A stretch of DNA of 64,000 nt, from NCBI GenBank assembly GCA_051362555.1, contig CM120644.1:16762534-16826533 (forward strand), written 5' to 3'. The notes beneath the pieces are model-generated. The model was not told where the DNA came from, ran no database searches, and worked only from the letters and a program-made list of their open reading frames with translations. Of the stretch, positions 21,817-34,492 are shown one piece after another. Each line of letters begins with the position of its first letter. Within the stretch, counting starts at the first letter, position 1. The DNA comes from Lingula anatina (taxonomy: Eukaryota; Animalia; Brachiopoda). The translations under genes and the position numbers were made by a program.

Positions 21817-24800
21817 GTGGATCTCGCTCCTTCGTCACTTAAGTTCAGCGCCATTAAGGAGCATACATGAGACGCAAACTCGACAAACATCATAGGATTG
21901 TCTCAGTGTGTTAGGCCTTATAAATTGATTCCTTAAGTATTAACTTAATTACTTAAGTAGTTGACTTAAGTACTAACTAAATTTAATAATCATCTTATGG
22001 CCCTGCTCGAGATGTGTATTTTTATTTTATTTTATTTATTTATTTATTTTGTGATTGTTTGGAATGAGATCTCTTTGCATGGTAATCTAAATAAAATGTG
22101 AGCATATATTTTAAATTACAACAACCATATACTTACATGCATTTATTATTTCTTCATACTTGCTTCGTGCATATAGCCATACACCAATTATATAATTGTG
22201 CTGTAAATCATGGCTTAATTTCTTAATATCAGCCTTAATTCCTGTGTGCTACATGTAATCCTCCTGGCCAAATTACGTATTTCAATTATATGCACTATGA
22301 TCAAAACTTTTATTTCCTAATGACACATGATAATCAAACTTAAACTTTTTGCGCATTGTATGTAACTACTGGCAGATTTAGTGTTTTTGCCGTTTTTTTT
22401 TTTCCTTGGGGAAAGTTGTATTTGGAAAAATAATGTTAAAGTTGTTTAGTTTTAACTGCTTTTGATTTCCATATTTATTTCATCATTGTTGTTTGGTTTG
22501 TTTTGTTTTTCCTTTTTGGGGGGACGGGGGTTTGTTGTGGGGTTTCAGTCCCAAGCTTAGAGGTGGGGACACTCGATCCACTGTGCCCCCCAGGTGCGTA
22601 GGGGACGACACAGAGTAACAGAAGAGAGATGCATATGTCATGGTATAATTTTACATGCTTTATATGTTTTGTATTATGGCGTTTGTTAGATAGTTTGAAG
22701 TTATGAATTACCTGCAATATGTTGTTTATCATACCCTTTTATTTCACAGCTTTTCGGCTATTAGTTTATTTAAGATATATGTAACAATGATGATAATAAT
22801 TTGACAGTTTGACTTTGCATATACTGTGAAAAGAAAACACATTATTACTTGTAGTTCCGTTCACCATACATAGTAAGTAAAATACCTATCCATGTGTCTA
22901 GGTATGTGTGCAGAAAGTGTAGTTCAGATTACGAAAGGTTTGAAGGAAAATGCGATTATTTGATTTTATTTTAATTTAAGAAAAATTAAGTTGAATTTTT
23001 ATGATGTGTGATAATTGGGAGTTAACGAATAACTGAACGAAGGCCTGCTTAAATTTATACCAGAAGAATAGAAAGTAGGCTAACAACTTGCTTGTAACCT
23101 CTACCTGAGGCGTGCAATCAGCTGAGCTATATCCATAAGCAAAGTTACACGATGGACATTGAGATATCGGAGTTCAAACATTATCTTGTTTTAAATATTG
23201 ATTAAAAGAGGCCGTTGCTATGACTAGATTTTAAAACAGCCGATAAAATTGTTTACAAGACATGTCATCAATATTGTACGCTAGAAATTTAAAGACTATT
23301 TAAAATGAAATAAATTACTTTCCGATATGGGTTTTCATTATTATTTGCATTAAGTGCTACTTGATTAGATCAATCTGCTAATACATTGAAAAAATGGGGC
23401 GTTTCTTTCTTTAAAAGCATTAAAAAAACAGTTCATTTCGAAATTAAAAAATATCGTTCTTCTCCCCTTAACAATATCCGGTATCAATATTATACTTCTA
23501 ACATTGACAGACTTTATTTTTAATGTAATGAACTACTTACTTACCGAATCAGCGTTTTTATTAATTTATTATTTAATTTTTTAGTGTGCGTGATTGTGGG
23601 TGTCGGGATGCGGGACGTAGGACGATTGCGAAAATCTCCCAATTGTCAGTATTGACAGGTATGCCTATAGATGCATTAAACCCGAAAAGGATAATGAATT
23701 TTTATAATCACCAAAGTCATCAGCAAGCAAAAGTATTAAATTTTCCTTTTCAGTTACTTTCGTAGTATTTGAAAATCCCCCCCCCCCCCCCCATCATGCC
23801 GTTGTATATACATTGCAGTAGGTGTGACACAAGCAATCATTGCACTGCGGCGGCACGCAGTCCATTTTGTCAAATCGAAGAAATGCAGAGAGGGCAAAAA
23901 AAAAAAAAAATATGCCCTCTGCCTGAAATTGATACAAACTCCAGGTGGCTGCTTTATTTCTTTTACTCCTGGCCCAGTAAATGGTTGTTTTGAAAATAAA
24001 TTTCAACTTTTAAATTTCGTATTCTGTTCGGTAAATTTTGCACTTGCTGCGTTCAAAATTGGGTACGTAGAAAAGTAAAACGACTTCGTTGTTCTCTTTC
24101 TGATCCTTTCCCGTGTTTTTTAAAGAAGCTTGAACCACTGATGTCACTGATGTAATAAATGGTAATTTGCGAAAGCAGCAGCATAGAGTCTGAATAGTAA
24201 ATAATTGGCCTATTGTTGGAGATTTTTTCTTATTGTCAATAAAAAGAGGGGGTGTGACAAAAATCAAAGCACAAAAGGAAAAAAGAAAAAAATATGCATT
24301 AACTTCCCCTTATTGTGGTCTTTAAAAATGCAAGCCAAAATCCGGACGTTTATACGAACATTTTACACAGACCTCTATGTAGGCGTGGTCAAAGAATTCA
24401 AACTCACAGAAAGGATCACATCTATTTCGTATTACTTTTTGAGTTCTCAAGTGAACTTTGCTTTATTTGAGTAGCATAAGGTAATATCATAATCACACCA
24501 AAGTGCGGTCCGTATATTCCACTAAAGAGCAGCTGTTAAGGCGAGATTGCTACACATCAGTGGCAATGTAGTTATGTTTAAAACGAGTGAGGGCATTAGG
24601 TGCTTTTGTTGTGGCACGCTCCATGACCTATATATGGAGGCGTGACCTATATGGCAGTTAACATACAATGCACAATACAGAGGTCATATACATGTATATA
24701 GGCGCTTTTCCATGGTGTATACAGTGCGTATGTTGAAGCGGATTTGTAACAAGACTTGTGCTCTTGCTGGCCTCTGAGAGAATCTGATGCCAAATTGTAA

Positions 24801-25850
24801 TGAGGAGGGTTGTAAGGAACACAAAGAGTCGCATGACACAAGGAGTCCACCCTGCATTAAATTCATACAGGTTAGAGTAAGTGAGACGTAAGTGGGTCAA
24901 AATCAAGTAAGGGACTTACTGTACAAGGGGGACTGTGTTGCACATGACTCCTATAAGGTGACAGTCAACGGTACATGGACACTCTCTGACTCTACCCTGC
25001 GTGTCTGCCATATATATATAGTGTGCGTACTAGTAGCCTATAGTACATGATAGTAAAGGCATCACTGCACACTTAGTCAATATATCATCGACGAGACTGC
25101 AGACAAAGTTGGAAACTTATTGAGCACAAGTGGGTCAGTCAATATACTCCACCCGAAGCAAAGGAGTGAGTCGATATGTCGCTAAAAAGTTACTGAAAAG
25201 TGGCTATCAACGCTACATTTATGATACATCACTTATGACCAGGCATGCCGAACCATAGGACGACTATTTCAAGCTTTGTCAATTAAGCGAGATCACACGG
25301 GGTCAAATAGAGGACGCAGTTACCTGTGGCATTTTATACATATATATGAATCGACTACAGAGGTGTTGAGATTCGAGGTGTGTATACTGCTTGCATAGAT
25401 TTATAGACCTTCGGGGGAGATAAAGGAGGTCATTTGGACAAGTGCCCGCAGTTTCTCTTTCAATATCTACCGTATATAGTCTACAATATAAAGTTGAAAT
25501 AGGCTGCGGCATCTGTGGTTTATTTCTATACTTATACTTTCACATTCAGATGTGGGCGGCCCTCATGTGACAGACCAGAATCAATATTTTACTATTCGAT
25601 ATCAAAATAATTGTATCAGTTTTGAAGACTTGGATTAGTCAAGAACTTCTTGGATTAGTGAAGCCTATACGTGTTCGCTAAGTGACCCTGGACTTGGAGG
25701 CGTTTCGTTTCACGTCTCGTGACTACCTCGTGAGTGAGGGAAAAACACATTTCCTTTCTTCTTCGCAACATCCGCCTTCACAACACTATATGAAGACGAG
25801 TCGTGTATTCTGATTTAATATTTGTCTCCTGCACTTAATGAACACTCTCT

Positions 25851-27005
25851 ATGTGTGACAGACTATGTTTATCGTGTCCTTGCTTCGCCAGCATTGGAAG
25901 AAAACTTTCGGCTAAACGGGATCAGATTTTTGATAGCCGCAAATACAAGACCAAGCAAATGGAGGAGAAACTTATTCAGGAGATAGCAAGCGGGGCACCT
26001 GTAGATAAAATAAAACCGACCCTTTTCCTCAACAAGCATGGCCAGGAAGAGATCAAGGTTGAATACCAAACCACTGTCGCTGAAACCGTAGACAAAATGA
26101 GACAAGATGGCTTCCTGGCTACCAGTAAGTTGGTCTTTATTGTGCATGGCTACAGGGACAACGCTCACTCCGGCTGGCTGGTCGAGGCCAAGGACAACTT
26201 GCTGGAACAAAACCCCGATCAGACTGTGGTCTTAGTAGACTGGAGCCGGGGAGCCGACACGGTGATCTATCCCTGGGCTGCGGCGGACACAGCCACGGTG
26301 GGGGCGTGGTTAGGAGCAGTAGCTGACGGAGTACGGTCCAAGTTCCCCGAGATGAAAATTTGGTCGGTAGGGCACAGCCTGGGCGCCCACCTGGTCGGCT
26401 CAGCTGGCAGGCACAGTAAGGGCGCCATCCACCGTGTTACGGGATTAGACCCCGCCGGCCCGCTGTTCGAGAAACATCTCGACGTCGATAAGCGTCTTCG
26501 CCCGACAGACGCCGCAATGGTGGACGTCATCCATACTGACGGCTATGAGACTAACGTAAAGAACGGCGAGAAGAGACATGTTAGCGTCCTCCGGCAAATT
26601 GAAGGTGAACTGTCCGTGGCCGATGCATTGGTTAATCACTTTGGTACTCTCATACCGCTCGGAACGATCGATTTTTATCCAAATTACGGGTATGAACAGC
26701 CGGGCGTAGCACCCTTTCAGACATCTGCGCAACACCATAGGGCGGTTCAGCTGTTTAACTGGAGCATTAAAAACAAAGGGAAGTTCGCGACCAACCAGCT
26801 TCTGGACGGGATCCCAGCGTTTGAAAAACCGGTTAAAAAATTGAAGTCGACCGAAAACTGGGCTGAGATGGGTTGTTACGCCGACCAAAGCTTTTGCCAC
26901 CGTGGTCTGTACTTTATCAGGACAAATCCGACGATACCATGGGCGCCGGCAACGTCGGAGACGTCACGTGATACACCGTCGGAATGGGGATGCAATATTT
27001 TGTAA
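25851..27005 (+). CDS. Pancreatic-lipase-family lipase/phospholipase A1, intronless CDS, C-terminal CaaX
   Basis: 384-aa ORF with IVHGY, VDWSRGA, nucleophile GHSLG, GLDPAGP (catalytic Asp), VDVIHTD, DFYPN.G..QPG and HHRA (catalytic His). No PLAT domain; ends WGCNIL. Confidence 0.9.
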   Translation: MCDRLCLSCPCFASIGRKLSAKRDQIFDSRKYKTKQMEEKLIQEIASGAPVDKIKPTLFLNKHGQEEIKVEYQTTVAETVDKMRQDGFLATSKLVFIVHGYRDNAHSGWLVEAKDNLLEQNPDQTVVLVDWSRGADTVIYPWAAADTATVGAWLGAVADGVRSKFPEMKIWSVGHSLGAHLVGSAGRHSKGAIHRVTGLDPAGPLFEKHLDVDKRLRPTDAAMVDVIHTDGYETNVKNGEKRHVSVLRQIEGELSVADALVNHFGTLIPLGTIDFYPNYGYEQPGVAPFQTSAQHHRAVQLFNWSIKNKGKFATNQLLDGIPAFEKPVKKLKSTENWAEMGCYADQSFCHRGLYFIRTNPTIPWAPATSETSRDTPSEWGCNIL

Positions 27006-29625
27006 TTTTGACAACTTGAGAACTTTCTTAAGCAGACGCTCACACGCGTTTGACTGATTTAATAGGTTGGCCGATTGATAGCCACTTTTGAAAAATAGGC
27101 AAAAAATTCTTAAAGAAATGGTTGAAGTGCAATGCATTTATATCTGCCCACAGGAATTGGTCCAGTCCAAGCAACTGATGTGTAATAGGGAAATAGAGTC
27201 CAATTTGGAGCTCCCCCCCCCCCCCCGCTGCTAGGGCCGGAGCTTTTTACTGTGACACAATTTATTTTGATTCTGTCAGAAAGTTATTGACTGCTTAAAC
27301 AGCAAATTGTAATAAAAGAACCATTTCATTTTATCTAGATTGCATTGCATAATAATGCCTTCATGACTACCACACTGGTGAAAGGTAAATGATATAGTTA
27401 AATATTTGAAAATGTTTAATTTTTTTAGCATGGGGTTTGAATTTAAATGGATACTTTTGTAACTGTTAGTGTTAGAGTTAGCAGTGAGATTTTGTGGGGG
27501 GGAAATTACATGACATATGCCGATGGGTAGCTTAATGAGAAAACGTGCCCCACTTTTATCATTTGTTTAAGTATTCCAAAATACCAGTATCATCCCGGTT
27601 GTATTGTATGATGTTGGTTTTCACATTCCCGTAATGACTATCAGGGCATTTTTCAATATACTTACCATGGCAAAATCCATTTTTTTTTTTTTTTTTTGAT
27701 GACTTCCGGTTTGTATCTGTTGACAAATTACTTCCTTGTGTGACGAAGCGCCGTGTGTCAGTTTTACTTTCGGATGGTGACTAAATACCAAAACGCATAT
27801 TTACATTCACTTGTGTGCTTTGATAACACGAGACGTGCCTTTGCTTTTGTCATGGAGACGGGTGAACGGTTATGAAAATAATTCTACTGTCACCTTTGAA
27901 TTACAGAGAGAGCGTTTTTAAATAAAATTACTTTCGTGAATGATAACACTTTTTTCAATATACCATATGTACCATTTTTAAAGCTAATTAGTTAAAAACT
28001 TTAAACCCTGAGATCACTTTTAAACACATATTTTGCATAAATAACCTAAATCATGCTTTGGGATTTTTTAATTTCAAACGTGACCATGTTCTGTTAATTT
28101 ATCTATTTCTCCCCAAAATACTGGGTTATTTCAACAACGGGGTATGTCGTTCTGTAGGTTTTAAGTAATTTAAGAAAAGTGAATGTACACAAGAAGTATA
28201 TGCTTTTATCAGAGAAAAATGAAGGCCGAGGAACGACCGTGAAGAAAGAGTCTTGGCGATTTTTTTATTGTTCAAAATAACTTGGTTATGCCAGAAATCA
28301 GTTTATGTTAGCTGCTATTGAAATGGAGGATAGGAATGGTGAGCTGACCGTGTCTGAATACTTGTTTTGTTTTACATATATAGCAAAAGTAGAATAGAGG
28401 CTTTTCACCTGGATAGCCTCACTCCCTGAAAAAGATATCCTGATAGACATCGAAATATCGGAGGTAAAACCTATCTCAATATTAGCCGTTGACTGAAGAA
28501 AAAAAAACACATCACTCTAGATGAAAATAAGCTGATGATAACTATGATATAAGGTGGATTATGCAAAAAAATAATAAAATAAATAAATAAAAAATAAACG
28601 CCGTGGCGATTACTGATACAATGTACATGTAGCTCTTACACGTGGCTCAGGTGGGCAAAAGGAAAACGCCGTCCAGTGATTTGTAGGAGGAGTTGGGGGT
28701 CGGATGTTAATTGTACTTACCAGCTCTGCTTGCTTGCGCTTACAACATGTTTGGAAGTACTTATTTTAAACGCTGTGGTTATTGCTGCTCATTCAAGATG
28801 GCGAAGTGTTCGTTCTGGCTATTCCACAGCTGGCCTTTTCGGTGGCCAACGTCACGTGACTATAACCACGGGATAAGAGGACTTGGTTAATTAGCTCTTC
28901 CGACAATTACGCGGTCGGCTCAAGAGCCCTCTTCCTCCCAATAAATTTATTACACAAATATAATAACAATATTTTATTCAAAATACAAATTGGCTTGCAT
29001 CTCTCGTCAGTCGGAATTGTTAACGATTACTTTTTAGAGAAATCAGTTTTTATAAATGAAGAGACATGATGACTTGCAAGCGTTTGAGAATACAGCTCCT
29101 GTGTACCAGAGTTTATAATATTTCATAGAACGTTGCGCTTTGTGCCTCAATATGGCATCAGTGCTACAAATGACGTCATTTTATACAAGACGTCTTGATG
29201 TCCACATACTAACTGCTTATCGTCGTGTTTGTTTCTTTGGTCCATATTGTCATTACTGTGAGCAACAGCACCGACGTCATTCAATAAAAAGATGAAGCAG
29301 AAATTATTATATTTGAAGTCTAAATGTGTTCTGCAGAGTGATGTAAGGTAATTTTAATTTTTTTATATGAGAAGGCAAACAAGCTTTTTTACGACTATAA
29401 TGCTGCATTCACAACCAAAGTTGATCCACGGACTAACTGATACGTGTATCAATATGGCTGACCCATTTGTCATCTTGCCTCGTTATCACAGCAGGAAATC
29501 TATTTACTGTCTGTTAGGGGGTGATGCAGATAACTTTCAAGTATAACTTTCACGGATCTATTAGTCCCCGGCTCAAATGGTTGTAAATTTGGCCAATTAC
29601 TTTAGATACTTGAGTGTATCCCGTC

Positions 29626-32201
29626 TCAAGTACAAATCTCTTCGCACTCCTCCACTGTGATGCAGTCTTTCACGTCGTGGAAATCGTACAACGCGCACGG
29701 CAGCTCGACGGCTTGGCGTTTTCCTCTTACCACATACGGACGTCTATATACCGGCACAAGTACCTTTCTGCCGATCCCTCTATCTTGCCTACCGGCACCC
29801 CTTCCTCTCCCACGACCCTGACCTTGGCCTTGCCTGCGACCTCCACCTAGAACACGACCTCCACCTTGCCTGCGACCTTGACCCCGACCTCCAGGTCTGC
29901 CGCCATTTCTTCTGCGGTTCCCAACTATTTGATTGAGTGGCACGGTTCTCTTGCAGTATTTTTCCGTCCTGATGCTGCAAGTTTCTTTCCTCTTGCAGGC
30001 ACTTTGTGTAAAGCAGCCCTCAGCCATACGGCGCTGACGGTGGGCAACTGGAAGTGAACGTTATGGGAAATATTTAAGGGCAATGTCGTACCAAGAAGTT
30101 ATAACAGACCATGGAATGTGATTCAAATATGGGCTTTGACTCGTGTGGAGTTATCTTAAGTGTTGGAATTCAAAATGCCTTTGAAGAACCCCAAAAAAAC
30201 CAGGAGAGAAGAAACAGACTCGGCTTATATTTTTAATGACAGTGACATACTGTGCAAAAACCTCGTTCTTTTTTATCATCTATTCACATTAGAAAAAAAA
30301 CATCAGTACTGAAATATTGCAGTGCTCTCTCCAGGGGTGCGTTCACGATGCAACCATAGTATTAGGTAGTTCGAACTATCTCCCTAGGGACTCTCTTGCT
30401 GAATTCAATCAGATTAACAGACTAACACGCCTCCTCTTGTTTCCATCGCACTCGTGTAATCACCAGCTTTTCTGTATTCTACTCAAAACTTCAGCGAGAG
30501 TACTTATTACCTAGTCCGATAGTTTCGTGTGAACATTCCTTATATTAAAAAAAACGTACCTAAGCTATCGACTCCATCCCCTGGAACCTTTTCTAATGTT
30601 CGCACTTCATAATCCCCGCAAAACTCTGAAATAGCGGAGCTGAGATTGCCCTGGTTTTCTGATCTTTTTCCAACTCTGAAATACTCCTGGTTGGTTTGTG
30701 TAACGTAATCGATCTTCTGTTGAAATGAAAAAAAAAAAAAAAAACAGGGCATGACATTATTGGAAAAAGCAGAGCAAAACATATTGTATTGATGACAATG
30801 ACTTGGACCGATTTTATATTTAAGATAAATTGCGTGTACATTATTTTCTTTCTCTCAAAACGTGGGACACCTCAGTCTGAGTCCTTCGGCAAGGTGTGGT
30901 CAACTTGAAAAAAAATGGATCTCTTAACTAGCTCCTAGAGTAAGCCTTCAACACTTAAAACAGTTTCACTTTTATCAAGTGAAATAAATTGACCCACATT
31001 TTAAATATAAGATTAAAAAACACCACATACATCTGCACTCTCGCTAATTTTTTCCGCTTCCCGCAAGGTTGACTCGTCCATGCTCAGCGCCATGTCTCGC
31101 AAAAGGCATTTGTTCTCGTTAGCAAAACGAACCACCGTCTTCCTCTACAAATTGGAAATTTAAAAAAAAATGAAAAACCAGGCATACCTTTTTCAGGGGG
31201 CTTCATCATCAAAAAGCCCATTAACGTGCGAATATACTGTAGATGACTTTCCGCGATCGTCGAAATTCCTGTGCGTTAACTTTATATATATAGAAACATT
31301 TTAAAACTTAACCTAAGTCAAGGAAAGAAAAAAGTGTTTTGCTTTTATTTATATTATCGTTAAAAATTATGTAAAGTTGAATGTGGATGTTAAGATGACA
31401 AAAATTCTTTTATGAACAAGTATAACACTTCACACGCTTCATTTCGCTCCACCTACCGCTTTAAAGTCATGGAGAATGAACGCCTCCGTTCTCTCGTCAG
31501 TTCCTAGAGTATGAATGGCTTCCCAGCCGTCCACTAAATTGATCTGAATATCTTGTTTCTCCTCCATTCCTTGCCCTTTATATCTTAGCGTACATTTCTG
31601 AAATTAAGAACAGCGAAAACATAGCACATAATAGAACGACAGATATCTCGTATGCGGTTTAGTGTTCGTTTCAGTGAGAGCAGCGAAAGTGAGGGTTGAT
31701 TTTTTAACGAAGTTTCAGAGATAGAATCACTAATTATTCAACTTTGATCAAAATTGATTGAAATTTTCATATCCTTTCCCATCGAGCTAATTATTCCTCA
31801 ATATGCCCTACAGAAACATAAACTCCTGCTTTTGCCTGAGACAAATACATGAAAAACCATGCCCCATACTCTGCGTCTGTCTAAGTCAAAAATATATTGT
31901 ACCCAAATTGAGAACTATCGGATCTGAAAAACATTCATAACTTGGACACCGAATGCTTTTAAAAAAACTGGGGTAACTTATACTGTGTTTTAAATTAATC
32001 TTAATTTTCATGTGTTTTTTAATATCCTCATAGTACAAAATGCGTATTTCATCTTAATAATTTTATTTAACAATTTTATTAATTCAATTTTACTTTCATT
32101 CAGTGAACATTCCTATTTATCGTATTGTACATGTGTTTTAGTTGCCAGTGAAATGTTCTATTCATATTACTGTACAATCCAACTATTTTAGTTGCAAACA
32201 A

Positions 32202-32241
<40 letters not shown>

Positions 32242-32416
32242 TACCTACCTTCACATTTGCCGCGTGGAGCCAGTCCCGGGCAGGCGTGGTTAGGGAAACC
32301 GTTAGCAGAACGCCCCCTAGCACTGCCAGAAGGAGGAACGCTGTGACGGCTACACACAGGAACTTGTAGGACGACGCCTTCCTGGTCGTGGCGGCGGAAG
32401 TCGTTTCTGCAGATGG
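29626..32416 (-). CDS. BRICHOS-domain type II membrane precursor with Cys- and Gly/Arg-rich C-terminal peptide (5'-partial)
   Basis: GT-AG exons joining in frame: 32416-32249 (TM: FLCVAVTAFLLLAVLGGVLLTVSL), 31597-31457 (ends FILHDFKA), 31144-31031 (RKTVVRFANENKCLLRDM), 30716-30560 (NLSSAISEFCGDYEVRTL), 30047-29626 (RQRR then cargo). HDF plus two conserved Cys match BRICHOS. The ATG exon was not located with certainty. Confidence 0.82.
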
Positions 32417-32596
32417 CTATAAAGAAAAAAAAGATACACATAATTATAAGTAATTGGTTGTGTATGAGGGTGTCTTCCTAATGAATCTTTCGTTCTAGAT
32501 CGTTCTAGATCGATCGTAGATCGATCCAACTCCGAGGGGATGTTCTCTCACTGAATGAAATCAGGGCTCCGTATCTCGAAAGGTTCGCTATGTTGC

Positions 32597-32699
32597 GCAC
32601 GTGCGCAAGTGTCTCGATTCCATAACCGATTCTTTCGAGATACGGGTCCATGGAATCGAGACGCTTTCGCACGTGCGCAAGTGTCTCGTTTCCATAACT
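32597..32699. repeat. 30-bp direct repeat with a partial inverted copy between the units
   Basis: GCACGTGCGCAAGTGTCTCG(A/T)TTCCATAAC occurs twice, and ATGGAATCGAGAC lies between them in inverted orientation. Confidence 0.8.
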
Positions 32700-33390
32700 T
32701 CAGATTAGTGTTAAAGCAATAATAACTCTTCCTTTGAGATTCAAAATTCCGCAAAAAAATACATTGTAAACAACGCCTGGAAATATATTCTATTATATTT
32801 TACCACTAAAACGACTGTTTTTGTAGTAAAACTAAAATCTGTGCTTGTCACTTGGGCTTTCGATGCCTTTCTTCGCGGTCGACAAGTGCATCCGTTGCCA
32901 ATGACGTTTAGGTGTCACGCGGATTCTCGCGTTCATTCGATACCAAAATAACATGGCGGGAAACCCTCAGACGAGTTTTTGTACAGTGCGTCGGATAACG
33001 AAAAGCCCAGAATTGCACACATTGTAGATATAAATGCATTTTGAGCAAAAAGACGAATATATCTTATGAATCTTATAATATTGTTATATAGTGTTGTGTT
33101 GTCTGCTTTTCCCGCGGTTTTAAGTAGGTCACCAGAAACTATCGCTCGATACGAGAGGGCTCCGTCAGTTAAAATCTCTTAAGAGATTTTAACAAAAAAC
33201 CGTACGTTTAGGAAAAAAAACCTGGATTAGCTTTGAATGCAGGAATGGGGTCGGTGACCATTGGTAAGTACGGGAAAATTGCCGTTTTTTCCAGGAAAAT
33301 CGTATTTTTGGCCAAAACAAGGAGTTATTATGACTCTAATGTCAACTTTGATAAAAGAATATTAAAAGGCCCACAGGTGCGTTTTTTTTT

Positions 33391-33396
<6 letters not shown>

Positions 33397-33438
<42 letters not shown>
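33397..33438. repeat. (GT)n microsatellite
   Basis: Direct reading. Confidence 0.95.
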
Positions 33439-33439
<1 letters not shown>

Positions 33440-34492
33440 ACGAATGCGTGTGTGGTGCCATATTGCAACGAGAGCCCATATCGAGAGTTAAAAATATTAA
33501 TTATCATTCCATAATTCGGGATCACTTAAGCAAGTAACATAAACCTATTCATATAGTACACAGCAGTGTAAATGCCATCTTTATCTAAACGGTACGTAAA
33601 AAATTCCAGACCTAAAACGATGTCAGTGAGTTGAATAAATCGGAGAGGAATTGCGTCATTTTAATTCAAGACACGATTGAAGGTTTTATTATTGCCGCGT
33701 CTCAGGCTAATTTCTCACATAGAGAGAAAAGTTTGACACTAGAAATATTTTCCAATCGGATCATAGCTGAAAACAAGTATACTTCACTACAATTGTACAA
33801 TTTTGAATGCTCATTTTACGGCAACAAACAAGATTGCCTTTAGGGCATTTTGAATTCGTCTATGAACAAACATATCAAATTCTCACATAGCTTCCAAATT
33901 GACAGAAAAAATTGTATTTACACTTAATCTCTATAAGTTTATTGTCTCATCCACCCGAAGGATTGACTCACGTTATCGCGAACTACCTGCCAAAATGACA
34001 CAAAAAGTCATCGACAACTGCGATATGCTCGCTACCTGTACGGGAGGTCACGTCATTCGAACGCACGTGGTTTCGCGAAGAGCTCGCGTTAAGCCGATTA
34101 TCCTTTGATCTTGCTCAGCGTTTCTCTTATTATGTCCAAGTTTGAACTCACGAGCCGTGACTGACACATCAGTAAGGCTTTGCTGGCGCATTGTGTGTGA
34201 CATAATATGTACCAGATACAACATGAGTCGTCCACTGTATGCTACATAACAAGAAATATAGGCACAACCGAGATAAAATTTGTTTTGTATGTTGCATGCA
34301 GTGGCTGACGAGTATATTACAGGCATAAATAACAGCCTATATGCGAATTTTAAGTGTAATTATCCTGATGTCCGAAGCGCTAGCCGTGGTATTAAACCTT
34401 ATTTAACCAATAACGATATAGCCGTACGCTCGTTTTGCTGATGGCATTGAAGATACAGAGAAGACACCTGCACTGAGAAGATCACTGACAAG

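Noticed and set aside
25851-27005. Horizontal transfer of the lipase from bacteria
   Set aside because: The motifs are those of the animal pancreatic-lipase family and CaaX is a eukaryotic signal; being intronless and GC-rich is not sufficient evidence.
29626-30027. Independent 133-aa gene starting at MAEGC
   Set aside because: The frame extends upstream through RQRR to a splice acceptor at 30048-30050 and joins the BRICHOS exons; the Met is the first residue after the furin site.
31188-31268. Extra AG-GT bounded exon candidate in the BRICHOS gene (also ~30871-30903)
   Set aside because: Inserting either would interrupt the domain; the 31188-31268 segment has stops in the required phase, and the flanking exons already join cleanly.
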